A DNA stretch of 40,640 nt from a virus. Its lineage: Duplodnaviria > Heunggongvirae > Uroviricota > Caudoviricetes. Each line of letters starts with the position of its first letter. The first letter of the stretch is position 1. The notes under the pieces were generated by a model. The model ran no database searches. It was given only the letters and a program-made list of their open reading frames with translations, and was not told the origin of the DNA. This document shows, piece after piece, positions 8,580 to 17,206 of this stretch. The stretch lies in IMG/VR virus record IMGVR_UViG_2541047698_000019; one strand, written 5' to 3'. The position numbers were made by a program, and so were the translations under genes.

Positions 8580-9159
8580 CCACAGTTTTAAGGAGATAGC
8601 CGTGGGTAAGCATCACTGGAAAGTAGAAAAACAGCCTGAGTGGTACGTGAAAGCTGTCAGAAAAACTATCGCAACATTGCCGGGTGGTTACGCTGAAGCA
8701 GCTGACTGGCTGGATGTAACAGAGAACGCATTATTTAACCGCCTTCGTGCTGATGGCGATCAGATTTTCCCGCTGGGATGGGCAATGATTTTGCAACGTG
8801 CTGGTGGAACTCACTTCATTGCTGACGCTGTGGCGCAGTCTGCAAATGGCGTCTTTGTGTCTCTTCCTGACGTCGAGGATGTGGACAACGCCGATATAAA
8901 CCAGCGCCTGCTGGAAGTCATCGAACAGATCGGGAGTTACTCAAAGCAGATTCGTTCGGCAATCGAAGATGGGGTAGTGGAGCCACACGAGCAGACAGCA
9001 ATTAATGATGAGTTGTATCTGTCAATTTCGAAGCTCCAGGAGCATGCAGCACTGGTCTACAAAATCTTTTGCGCTCCAGAAAAGAGTAACGCCCGCGAGT
9101 GTGCAGCTCCGGGCGTCGTGGCGTCGATTGCTTCTGGTTGTGGAGAAACTAACGCATGA
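8569..9159 (+). CDS. CII-like regulatory protein (YdaT family)
   Basis: 196 aa, directly downstream of the cro-like gene in the classic Cro/CII position. Family assignment from memory. Confidence 0.5.
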   Translation: MESNHSFKEIAVGKHHWKVEKQPEWYVKAVRKTIATLPGGYAEAADWLDVTENALFNRLRADGDQIFPLGWAMILQRAGGTHFIADAVAQSANGVFVSLPDVEDVDNADINQRLLEVIEQIGSYSKQIRSAIEDGVVEPHEQTAINDELYLSISKLQEHAALVYKIFCAPEKSNARECAAPGVVASIASGCGETNA

Positions 9160-9547
9160 ACAGTTTAACAACACACTACCGTCGCTCGCAACTGATTGCG
9201 CTTCCTGTACCGGGTGGAAAAGCGAAGGTGGAGTATTGCTATGCAGTGAATGTACCAGGTGACAGGGAAATTGTAACCCACAGATTTGCAGAGTGGGCTG
9301 TGGGTGATTTCAACCGGCAGAAGGAGACAGTCCTTTGCAACAAGTTAACCGCTGGTTCAAAGATCACTACGGAGTGCCCGTCAGAGTCATTCGTTGGGAA
9401 CCGGAAACACAACGGGTTATCTACCTCCGCGAAGGCTATGAGCATGAATGCTTCAGTCCGCTCGAACAGTTTCGTCGTAAATTCAGGGAAATAGAGGTCG
9501 GTCATGAGCCTGTTAATGACATCCCAGCCCATTGTGATAAATCGTGA
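9156..9547 (+). pseudogene. hypothetical gene apparently split by a frameshift (ORFs 9156-9494 and 9335-9547)
   Basis: First ORF starts with an ATGA overlap on the CII-like stop. Its second half is low-complexity, while the overlapping frame ([27 protein letters not shown]...) has no internal ATG and ends by overlapping the replication-gene start. Confidence 0.3.
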
Positions 9548-10496
9548 TCTTGCATGCCGTATTGGTCTGAATGAGGCAATTGTGTTGCAGCAGCTTCATT
9601 ACTGGCTGAATGAAACGAATTCAGGCACTGAGCATGGCGGAATTCGCTGGGTTTATAACACGACAGAACAGTGGCTGGAGCAGTTTCCGTTCTGGTCAGA
9701 GTCCACTCTGAAACGCACATTTGCAAGCCTGAAATCACTTGGGGTTTTGCGTCGCGAGCAACTCAATAAATCGAAGCGTGACATGACCAACTTCTACACG
9801 ATCAACTATGAAAGTGAGCTTTTAGAAGAGGTCAAAGTGAACGAATCCATCAGGTCAAAATGCACTTCTCCATTGGGTCAAAGTGACCTGATGGATGGGC
9901 GCAAAATGACACGATCCATAGGTTCAAAACGACACGCTGTCATCGGGTCAAAATGGCCCAATGATCTTACAGAGAATACAACAGAGATTACTACAGAGAA
10001 TAAAACATCTTCTCGTCCGGACGCTTCGCAACCGGACACGCAAACGGCCGAACAGGAGTTTTTAACTCGCCATCCTGATGCGGTTGTATTCAGTCCTAAA
10101 AAGCGCCAGTGGGGAACGCAGGATGATTTGACCTGTGCACAGTGGCTCTGGAAAAAAATCATCGCCCTGTACGAGCAGGCCGCCGAATGTGACGGCGAAG
10201 TGGTTCGTCCCAAAGAACCGAACTGGACAGCCTGGGCAAACGAAATTCGCCTGATGTGTGTACAGGATGGGCGTACTCACAAACAAATCTGCGAGATGTA
10301 CAGCCGCGTCAGCCGCGATCCGTTCTGGTGCCGTAACGTGCTCAGCCCGTCGAAGCTGCGGGAAAAATGGGATGAGCTTTCCCTGCGCTTATCGCCGTCC
10401 GTCAGCACGTACACCGAAAAACGCGAAGACCCGTACTTCAAAGCCAGTTACGACAACGTGGACTACAGCCAGATCCCGGCAGGATTCAGGGGGTGA
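9504..10496 (+). CDS. phage replication initiation / replisome-organiser protein (N-terminal wHTH, DnaT-like C-terminal region)
   Basis: 330 aa, GAGGT RBS. Position and domain architecture are typical of lambdoid O-like / primosomal proteins. Confidence 0.6.
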   Translation: MSLLMTSQPIVINRDLACRIGLNEAIVLQQLHYWLNETNSGTEHGGIRWVYNTTEQWLEQFPFWSESTLKRTFASLKSLGVLRREQLNKSKRDMTNFYTINYESELLEEVKVNESIRSKCTSPLGQSDLMDGRKMTRSIGSKRHAVIGSKWPNDLTENTTEITTENKTSSRPDASQPDTQTAEQEFLTRHPDAVVFSPKKRQWGTQDDLTCAQWLWKKIIALYEQAAECDGEVVRPKEPNWTAWANEIRLMCVQDGRTHKQICEMYSRVSRDPFWCRNVLSPSKLREKWDELSLRLSPSVSTYTEKREDPYFKASYDNVDYSQIPAGFRG

Positions 10497-10987
10497 TCAT
10501 GAGTCTTTTGAATGACGTTCAGAAATTCATTGAAGCCCATCCGGGGTGTACTTCCGGAGACATTGCGGATGCTTTTGCAGGTTACTCACGGCAGCGCGTT
10601 CTGCAGTCAGCAAGCAAGTTACGTCAGAGTGGGCGTGTGGCTCACCGTTGTGAAGGAGATACACGCAGACATTTCCCACGCCTTACTGAGAGAGCGCAGG
10701 AGCCGGAACCACAACCAGTTCGTGAAACCAGACCTGTGCGCAATTTCTATGTCGGCACTAACGATCCCCGGGTGATTTTGTGCCTGACCCGCCAGGCGGA
10801 AGAACTGGAGTCAAGGGGCTTATACCGTCGTGCTGCAACCGTGTGGATGGCGGCATTCCGTGAAAGCCACTCCCAGCCAGAACGAAACAATTTTCTGGCA
10901 CGTCGTGAGCGGTGCTTACGGAAAAGCAGCAAGCGCGCTGCATCGGGTGAAGAGTGGTATCTGTCAGGGAATTACGTGGGGGCTTAA
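10493..10987 (+). CDS. putative regulator with PerC-like C-terminal region
   Basis: 164 aa. C-terminal GLYRRAATVWMAAF...RRERC resembles the PerC-family signature (from memory). Confidence 0.4.
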   Translation: MIMSLLNDVQKFIEAHPGCTSGDIADAFAGYSRQRVLQSASKLRQSGRVAHRCEGDTRRHFPRLTERAQEPEPQPVRETRPVRNFYVGTNDPRVILCLTRQAEELESRGLYRRAATVWMAAFRESHSQPERNNFLARRERCLRKSSKRAASGEEWYLSGNYVGA

Positions 10988-11593
10988 TGAGTAATAAATA
11001 TTGCCGGGCGCTGGTGGAACTGCGGAACAAACCAGCCCATGAACTGAAGGAAGTGGGCGATCAGTGGCGCACGCCGGATAACATTTTCTGGGGAATTAAC
11101 ACCCTGTTTGGCCCGTTTGTCCTGGATCTGTTTACTGACGGTGATAACGCCAAATGTACCGCGTATTACACGGCGGAAGACAACGCGCTGGCGCATGACT
11201 GGTCAGAACGTCTTGCGGAGCTTAAAGGTGCTGCCTTTGGTAATCCCCCATACAGCCGCGCCAGTCAGCATGAGGGGCAATACATCACCGGCATGCGTTA
11301 CATCATGAAACATGCCTGCCACCAGCGAAGTGTGGTGGCCGGAAGATGCAGATCATATTGCTTTTATTCGCGGGCGTATTGGTTTTGAACTGCCTGCCTG
11401 GTTTATCCCGAAAGATGAGAAGCAGGTGCCGACAGGCGCTTTCTTCGCTGGTGCTATTGCTGTTTTCGACAAGACCTGGAAGGGACCGGCAATCAGCTAC
11501 ATCGGGCGCGATGAACTTGAGGCATGTGGTGAGGCGTTTCTGGCGCAGGTTCGCCAGCAGGCGGAAAAACTGGTCAGGGAGATGGCGGCATGA
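10987..11593 (+). pseudogene. phage Dam-type N6-adenine DNA methyltransferase, apparently frameshifted (ORFs 10954-11388 and 11312-11593)
   Basis: First ORF carries the NPPY catalytic motif. A second overlapping frame continues protein-like sequence (EVWWPEDADHIAFIRGRIGFELP...). ATG for MSNKY at 10987. Confidence 0.55.
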
Positions 11594-11916
11594 CGACGTT
11601 AACTCAATGCCAGCAGCAGGTGCTGGATATGCTGATTTCTTACCAGAAAGAACGTGGCTTCCCGCCAACCAATCAGGAGGTGGCAACCATGCTGGGATAC
11701 CGTTCAGTGAATGCAGCGGTGGAGCATCTTCGCGCACTGGAGAAAAAAGGCGTCATCACGATAAAGCGTGGCGTGGCCCGGGGGATAACGCTTCATACTG
11801 CGATGAAGGACGACGACAGCGAGGCGGTCGGGATTATCCGCTCACTGCTTGCCGGTGAGGAAAACGCCAGGCTGCGTGCAACCCACTGGTTACATGAGAG
11901 GAGCCTGAAAGTATGA
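11590..11916 (+). CDS. LexA N-terminal DNA-binding-domain-like protein (no peptidase domain)
   Basis: 108 aa. LTQCQQQVLDMLISYQKERGFPPTNQEVATMLGYRSVNAAVEHLRALEKKGVI matches the LexA winged-helix pattern. Confidence 0.5.
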   Translation: MTTLTQCQQQVLDMLISYQKERGFPPTNQEVATMLGYRSVNAAVEHLRALEKKGVITIKRGVARGITLHTAMKDDDSEAVGIIRSLLAGEENARLRATHWLHERSLKV

Positions 11917-12302
11917 AGCTGATCCTTCCTTTCCCGCCCAGTGTGAACACGTACTGGCGACACCCCAACAAAGGGGCATTTGCTGGTAAGAGCCTGATAA
12001 GCGAGGCGGGGCGAAAATTTCAGAGCGCGGCGTGCGCAGCAATAGTTGAGCAGTTACGTCGTCTGCCGAAACCAACGTCGGCACCTGCTTCAGTGGAGAT
12101 CGTGTTGTTTCCTCCGGATAACCGGATCCGCGATCTGGGCAACTATAACAAGGCGCTGTTTGACGCCCTGACCCACGCGGGTGTGTGGGAAGACGACAGA
12201 CAGGTGAAAAGAATGCTGGTGGAGTGGGGACCGGTTATCCCGAAAGGGAAGGTCGAGATCACTATCAGTAAGTATGAGAAACCGGCGGGTGCAGCCGCCT
12301 GA
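11913..12302 (+). CDS. rusA: RusA-family Holliday-junction resolvase
   Basis: 129 aa. MKLILPFPPSVNTYW N-terminus and conserved acidic residues typical of RusA. Confidence 0.8.
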   Translation: MKLILPFPPSVNTYWRHPNKGAFAGKSLISEAGRKFQSAACAAIVEQLRRLPKPTSAPASVEIVLFPPDNRIRDLGNYNKALFDALTHAGVWEDDRQVKRMLVEWGPVIPKGKVEITISKYEKPAGAAA

Positions 12303-12321
12303 TTAAGAGGAGAAACGAAGT

Positions 12322-13131
12322 ATGAATAATCTGATGGTCATTGATGGTATTGAAGTTCGTCGTGATGCTTATGGGCGTTACAGCCTGAATGATCTGCATC
12401 GCGCAGCAGTAGCATCTGGTGCAAATGCCAGAACCAAGGAGCCAGGAAAGTTTCTTTCCAGCCAACAAACTGTTGAGCTTGTTCATGAATTGACCAACAC
12501 CCAGAATTTGGGTGTTGGCCCGGTGAGTGTGATTCATGGGGGAAATGAACGGGGAACGTATGTCTGCAAGGAACTGGTGTATGCCTATGCAATGTGGATC
12601 AGCCCGTCATTCCATCTGAAGGTGATCCGTACTTTCGATATGGTAACCAGCGCACCGGAAAAATTATCCGGACAGGCTGCTGACAAGATGCAGGCTGGTG
12701 TGATCCTGCTGGACTTTATGCGCCGGGAATTAAACCTGTCTAACTCATCAGTGCTTGGTGCCTGTCAGAAACTCCAGGAGGCTGTTGGCTTACCGAATCT
12801 GGCACCGCGCTATGCCATTGATGCTCCTGCTGATGCACACGATGGCTCAAGCCGCCCCACGCTGTCACTGAGTGCACTGCTGAAGCAGTATGGTATCCGC
12901 CTGACAGCTAATCAGGCATATCACCAGATGGCGAAGCTGGGGATCGTTGAACAACGTGAACGATACAGCCGTACCGCGATTAACAACATCAAAAAATTCT
13001 GGTCGCTGACCGCGAAAGGCTGCATGTTCGGCAAGAACATCACCAGTCCTGCAAATCCGCGCGAGACGCAGCCGCATTTCTTCGAATCCCGATTCCCTGA
13101 GCTGTTAAAGCTGCTCGATACCGTTCATTGA
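12322..13131 (+). CDS. KilA-N domain protein
   Basis: 269 aa with N-terminal KilA-N-like region (YSLNDLHRAA ... FHLKVIRTFD). Confidence 0.55.
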   Translation: MNNLMVIDGIEVRRDAYGRYSLNDLHRAAVASGANARTKEPGKFLSSQQTVELVHELTNTQNLGVGPVSVIHGGNERGTYVCKELVYAYAMWISPSFHLKVIRTFDMVTSAPEKLSGQAADKMQAGVILLDFMRRELNLSNSSVLGACQKLQEAVGLPNLAPRYAIDAPADAHDGSSRPTLSLSALLKQYGIRLTANQAYHQMAKLGIVEQRERYSRTAINNIKKFWSLTAKGCMFGKNITSPANPRETQPHFFESRFPELLKLLDTVH

Positions 13132-13132
13132 G

Positions 13133-14128
13133 GTGACCGTGAGAGCACTACTGACCCCTGAAATTGCCCCGCGTATGGGGATCGTATTGTTCAGACCAGG
13201 TTCAGAGCTGATGCCCTTGTTTATGCAGGGGCGTGTCCTGCTGGAGCCTGAGCCGGAACGTTATTCATCTTTCGCCAGTGGTGCCGTTCCGGCGGCATCA
13301 CAACCGCTGGCGGATGATCCTGCCGTTCGGGCCGTGTTCCGCAATGAGGCAGTGATCCGTCGTGCTGGTGGCGTGGAATGTCTTGAAAGCTGGTTACTTC
13401 GTGAAAAAGGCTGCCAGTGGCCTCATTCCGACTGGCACAGCGAGAACATGACAACAATGCGACACGCTCCGGGCGCAATCCGTCTGTGCTGGCACTGCGA
13501 TAACCAGCTGCGCGATCAGTTCACGGAACGGCTGGAATCAATGGCAACGGATAACTGTGCCCGCTGGGTGTTGTCTGTTGTGCGTCGGGATCTCGGTTTT
13601 GATGACAGTCATGTTGTGACAATGCCGGAACTGTGCTGGTGGCTGATTCGTAATGATCTGGCGGATGCCTTACCGGAAAGTGCAGCCCGTAAGGCACTGA
13701 GATTACCGAAGCCTGTTGTGCCGTCTGTTACCCGGGAAAGTGACCTTGTGCCTTCGGTTCCTGCCACCAGCATCATCCAGGATAAGGCGAAAAAGGTGCT
13801 GGCGCTGAAAGTGGATCCGGAGTCGCCGGAGTCTTTTATGTTACGCCCAAAACGTCGCCGCTGGGTTAATGAAAAGTACACGCGCTGGGTTAAGACACAG
13901 CCGTGTGCATGTTGTGGAAAGCCTGCTGATGATCCCCACCACCTGATAGGTCACGGTCAGGGGGGAATGGGTACAAAAGCGCATGACCTCTTTGTGTTGC
14001 CTTTGTGCAGAAAGCATCACGACGAGCTGCATGCGGATACCGTGGCATTTGAAGAGAAGTATGGCTCCCAGTTGGAGCTGATATTTCGTTTTATCGATCG
14101 TGCGCTGGCAACAGGCGTACTGGCGTAA
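13133..14128 (+). CDS. DUF968 (YdfU-like) protein with C-terminal HNH-like motif
   Basis: 331 aa. C-terminal CCGKPADDPHHLIGHGQGG...CRKHHDELH. Non-ATG (GTG) start. Confidence 0.55.
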   Translation: MTVRALLTPEIAPRMGIVLFRPGSELMPLFMQGRVLLEPEPERYSSFASGAVPAASQPLADDPAVRAVFRNEAVIRRAGGVECLESWLLREKGCQWPHSDWHSENMTTMRHAPGAIRLCWHCDNQLRDQFTERLESMATDNCARWVLSVVRRDLGFDDSHVVTMPELCWWLIRNDLADALPESAARKALRLPKPVVPSVTRESDLVPSVPATSIIQDKAKKVLALKVDPESPESFMLRPKRRRWVNEKYTRWVKTQPCACCGKPADDPHHLIGHGQGGMGTKAHDLFVLPLCRKHHDELHADTVAFEEKYGSQLELIFRFIDRALATGVLA

Positions 14129-14141
14129 GTGGAGAACGAGC

Positions 14142-14894
14142 ATGAACCTTGAAGCCTTACCGAAATATTACTCCCCGAAATCTCCAAAACTGAGCGATGA
14201 TGCACCGGCGACAGGCTCTGGTGGTTTAACAATTACGGATGTGATGGCTGCGCAGGGGATGGTGCAGTCGAAAGCACCGCTTGGGTTTGCCTTATTCCTG
14301 GCAAAAGTTGGTGTTCAGGATCCTCAGTTTGCGATTGAAGGTCTGCTCAATTACGCGATGGCACTGGATAACCCGACATTGAATAAATTGAGTGAAGAAA
14401 CCCGGCTACAGATCATTCCTTACCTTGTGAATTTTGCCTTTGCTGATTATTCCAGGTCTGCGGCAAGTAAGGCTCGCTGTGAGCATTGTGCAGGTACGGG
14501 ATTTCATAATGTATTGCGCGAAGTGGTGAAACACTCCAGAAGCGGGGAGTCTGTTATCAAGGAAGAGTGGGTGAAGGAACTATGTCAGCATTGTCATGGT
14601 AAGGGAGAAGTCAGCACAGCGTGCAGAGGGTGTAAGGGTAAAGGTATTGTCCTGGATGAAAAAAGGACCCGGCTTCATGGCACGCCTGTTTATAAGATTT
14701 GTGGGCGTTGCAATGGAAACCGGTTTAGCCGTTTACCAACCACACTGGCGCGGTGTCATGTCCAGAAGCTGGTACCAGCCCTGACTGATTATCAGTGGTA
14801 CAAAGGATATGCAGATGTCATTGATAAACTGGTGACAAAGTGCTGGCAGGAAGAAGCATATGCTGAGGCGCAATTAAGAAAAGTGACGAGATAA
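14142..14894 (+). CDS. late-gene antiterminator Q-like protein
   Basis: ORF track 14100-14894 trimmed to the ATG of MNLEALPKYY (GGAG RBS). Cys-rich zinc-binding cluster CxxC...CxxC. Located immediately upstream of the late promoter/terminator and lysis cassette. Confidence 0.65.
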   Translation: MNLEALPKYYSPKSPKLSDDAPATGSGGLTITDVMAAQGMVQSKAPLGFALFLAKVGVQDPQFAIEGLLNYAMALDNPTLNKLSEETRLQIIPYLVNFAFADYSRSAASKARCEHCAGTGFHNVLREVVKHSRSGESVIKEEWVKELCQHCHGKGEVSTACRGCKGKGIVLDEKRTRLHGTPVYKICGRCNGNRFSRLPTTLARCHVQKLVPALTDYQWYKGYADVIDKLVTKCWQEEAYAEAQLRKVTR

Positions 14895-14925
14895 ATGATT
14901 TTCGCCGAAGATAGCGACATGATTC

Positions 14926-14954
14926 TTGCATTTTTCAAAAAATCTGGTTAGGAT
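14926..14954 (+). promoter_or_regulatory. candidate late promoter (PR'-like) TTGCAT-N17-TAGGAT overlapping a 17-bp palindrome GTTAGGAttcTCCTAAC
   Basis: Hexamers and spacing read directly. Position downstream of Q and upstream of a strong terminator matches the lambdoid PR'/qut/tR' layout. Confidence 0.35.
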
Positions 14955-15000
14955 TCTCCTAACGATGGGCTTTGTGTGTCTACCGTTGATAATCTTCAAG

Positions 15001-15026
15001 AAACCGCCACCGAGCGGTTTTTTATT
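15001..15026 (+). terminator. rho-independent terminator (tR'-like)
   Basis: aaaccgc-caccga-gcggttt followed by a T-run. Confidence 0.6.
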
Positions 15027-15182
15027 GATGTCAATTGTGTTTTTAAGGCTCTCCTTCCTTAAAGTGTGTTGTACAAAAAACTGGCAGCCAGCTACGCTCA
15101 TTTTGAAAAAGTGACACCCTTCAATGTTTCTTTTGAATGGAATTGCTACCCATAAATCTCTATCAAAAACAGGAGAGCATAT

Positions 15183-15425
15183 ATGGTGGAGCGTTGTTCT
15201 GTTTGTGAGCAGTCATTAAGTTATTCACGAGAAGTTGAACAAGATGGCGTTGAATATAAATCTTGCCCAAAATGTTCTGCTGATGCCGGAGTGCACGTTT
15301 TTTATAAAACAATAGACTTTGGTTATAGGGATATGGGAGACGGAAGGCATATCGTTCAGTCATGGTGTCCGGCTTGTCGTTCTGGTGAAAAACCTTCTAT
15401 ACCACCAGCATTTAAATGTTGTTAA
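15183..15425 (+). CDS. small zinc-ribbon protein (moron between Q and the holin)
   Basis: 80 aa, AGGAG RBS. Two CxxC pairs (C5/C8, C28/C31), a third CxxC (C62/C65) and a terminal CC. AT-rich. Bracketed by terminators. Confidence 0.5.
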   Translation: MVERCSVCEQSLSYSREVEQDGVEYKSCPKCSADAGVHVFYKTIDFGYRDMGDGRHIVQSWCPACRSGEKPSIPPAFKCC

Positions 15426-15442
15426 CTCAATGAATTATAAAA

Positions 15443-15469
15443 AGAGGCTGCCTGTGGGCGGCCTTTTTT
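15443..15469 (+). terminator. rho-independent terminator after the zinc-ribbon gene
   Basis: gaggctgcc-tgtg-ggcggcc followed by tttttt. Confidence 0.65.
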
Positions 15470-15547
15470 GTGCACTACGCAACTTTTGCGACTCAGCGCT
15501 ATAACCAGCTTCTTTCCCTTCACTCGTTGCACTTCCGATAACCGGAG

Positions 15548-15898
15548 GTGGGAATTATGAAAATGCATAACGATCCTCATTCCTGGTCTGACTTACTTGA
15601 ATTATTACAGAGCTGGTGGCGTGGAGACACACCGCTGGGCGCAGTAATTATGTCGATCGTTATGGCTGGCTTGCGCATTGCCTATTTTGGCGGTGGTGGT
15701 GGCTGGAAGCGAAAAACGCTCGAGATTTTGCTCTGCGGCGCTCTGACGCTGACTTTTGCATCCGCTCTTGAGTATGTCGGATGGCCTAAATCGCTTTCTG
15801 TTGCCATTGGTGGTGGCGTTGGGTTGATCGGTGTCGATGCTATTCGTGGGGCTGCAATGAGAGTAATCGGTAACAAGTTTGGTGGCTCTAAGGAGTAA
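15548..15898 (+). CDS. holin
   Basis: 116 aa with hydrophobic segments, Gly-rich turn and charged C-terminus. Multi-Met N-terminus MGIMKMH suggests a dual-start holin/antiholin. Immediately upstream of the endolysin. Confidence 0.65.
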   Translation: MGIMKMHNDPHSWSDLLELLQSWWRGDTPLGAVIMSIVMAGLRIAYFGGGGGWKRKTLEILLCGALTLTFASALEYVGWPKSLSVAIGGGVGLIGVDAIRGAAMRVIGNKFGGSKE

Positions 15899-15901
15899 TT
15901 T

Positions 15902-16378
15902 ATGCAGGTACTAAATTCCCAGCGTAAAGCTTTCCTTGATATGGTGGCTTGGTCAGAAGGAACGGATAACGGACGACAACCGACACGTAACCACGGTTAT
16001 GACGTTATTGTCGGTGGTGAACTCTTCACTGATTACTCCGATCACCCTCGCAAACTTGTCACGCTAAACCCCAAACTCAAATCAACAGCCGCCGGACGTT
16101 ACCAGTTTCTTTCACGCTGGTGGGATGCTTACCGTAAACAGCTTGGCCTGAAAGATTTTTCTCCAGAAAGCCAGGACGCTGTAGCTCTGCAGCAGATTAA
16201 AGAGCGTGGCGCTTTACCGATGATTGATCGCGGTGATATCCGTCAGGCAATCGACCGTTGCAGCAATATCTGGGCTTCACTGCCGGGCGCTGGTTACGGT
16301 CAGTATGAACATAAAATCGGTGACCTGATTGCCCGGTTTAAAGAGGCTGGTGGGGTGGTAAATGAAGTTGAGCTATAA
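15902..16378 (+). CDS. endolysin, lambda R-like lytic transglycosylase
   Basis: 158 aa. NQRKAFLDMVAWSEGTDNGRQPTRNHGYDVIVGGELFTDYSDHP... is near-identical in pattern to lambda R (from memory). Confidence 0.9.
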   Translation: MQVLNSQRKAFLDMVAWSEGTDNGRQPTRNHGYDVIVGGELFTDYSDHPRKLVTLNPKLKSTAAGRYQFLSRWWDAYRKQLGLKDFSPESQDAVALQQIKERGALPMIDRGDIRQAIDRCSNIWASLPGAGYGQYEHKIGDLIARFKEAGGVVNEVEL

Positions 16379-16754
16379 GCTGGTTATCGCTGCTTTCTTC
16401 GTTACTGTCATTGGTTCTTTCATCTGGTCAGCCAACCACTACTACAACAAATATCAGTACGAAAAGAAACGTGCTGATGAGGCTGTACGAAATGCTGAAT
16501 CAGCAACAGCCATTACCAATAACGTCCTGCAATCACTACAAATCGTCAATACAGTTCTGGAGGCTAACCAGCATGCAAAACAGCAGATCGCACTGGAGTC
16601 ACAGAGAACCCAGGAAGATATCAAAGTGGCTGTTGCGGATGATGATTGTGCTTCACGTACTGTGCCTGCTGCCGCTGCTGACCGGTTGCGGAAGTACGCG
16701 GACAGTTTACGTGCAGGTTCCAACGATGCCGTTACCGGCGAACCTGCTCGCTGA
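16362..16754 (+). CDS. Rz-like inner-membrane spanin
   Basis: 130 aa. N-terminal TM segment then coiled-coil-like region. Overlaps the endolysin stop. Confidence 0.7.
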   Translation: MKLSYKLVIAAFFVTVIGSFIWSANHYYNKYQYEKKRADEAVRNAESATAITNNVLQSLQIVNTVLEANQHAKQQIALESQRTQEDIKVAVADDDCASRTVPAAAADRLRKYADSLRAGSNDAVTGEPAR

Positions 16755-16914
16755 AACTCCACAGCCAGTTATCCCCAATCCTCTGACTTATGGAGGTAGT
16801 CTGGATTTAAATGTCAGTTTATTGTCGGCATTATGGCAGTGCAATTTGGATAAAGCGGGGATTAGAAAGATAGAGGCGAGCCGGTCAGGTAGAAGTGAAT
16901 CAGGCTCAAAGTGA
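16639..16914 (+). CDS. Rz1-like outer-membrane lipoprotein spanin (overlapped architecture)
   Basis: +1 frame inside Rz, starting at the MM 76 codons into ORF 16411-16914. Lipobox LLTGC and a Pro-rich region. Extends about 160 nt beyond the Rz stop. Confidence 0.55.
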   Translation: MMIVLHVLCLLPLLTGCGSTRTVYVQVPTMPLPANLLAETPQPVIPNPLTYGGSLDLNVSLLSALWQCNLDKAGIRKIEASRSGRSESGSK

Positions 16915-17064
16915 AGCGGAAAAGCTCTTCGGCATAAGGTGACATAATAATAATTACAGTCAACTGACTTTTGGAACGAAACATGTTTAACCTCCTTAAT
17001 TGATGTTATTCGAGTGATGAAGGCATTCTGTCCTTCTGTAGTGTCCAGTAAATCAAACAGGAAA

Positions 17065-17086
17065 CTTGTCCAACGTGTTGGACAAG
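17065..17086. repeat. 22-bp perfect palindrome CTTGTCCAACGTGTTGGACAAG
   Basis: Read directly. Intergenic between the lysis cassette and the HNH/terminase genes. Confidence 0.6.
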
Positions 17087-17206
17087 CCTCTCCATTAGTG
17101 AGTTGTATTGATCACAACTCTACAAAGAATTCATTACTGGGTAGATGAAAATAGTTTCACGATGAATGGAGGAGGCTATGTCGGTGGCTTCTTCATTGGA
17201 GTACAT

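Noticed and set aside
9239-9532. Minus-strand 97-aa ORF in the replication region
   Set aside because: Antisense to coupled plus-strand genes, with no RBS or promoter context. Likely a shadow ORF.
9878-10286. Minus-strand ORFs inside the replication-initiator gene
   Set aside because: Embedded antisense within a well-supported gene; Cys/Arg-rich low-complexity translations typical of shadow frames.
14895-15547. Shiga-toxin-like or other known toxin cargo at the Q-to-holin site
   Set aside because: Only an 80-aa zinc-ribbon ORF is present; there are no A/B-subunit-sized ORFs and no tRNA genes of the kind that accompany stx loci.
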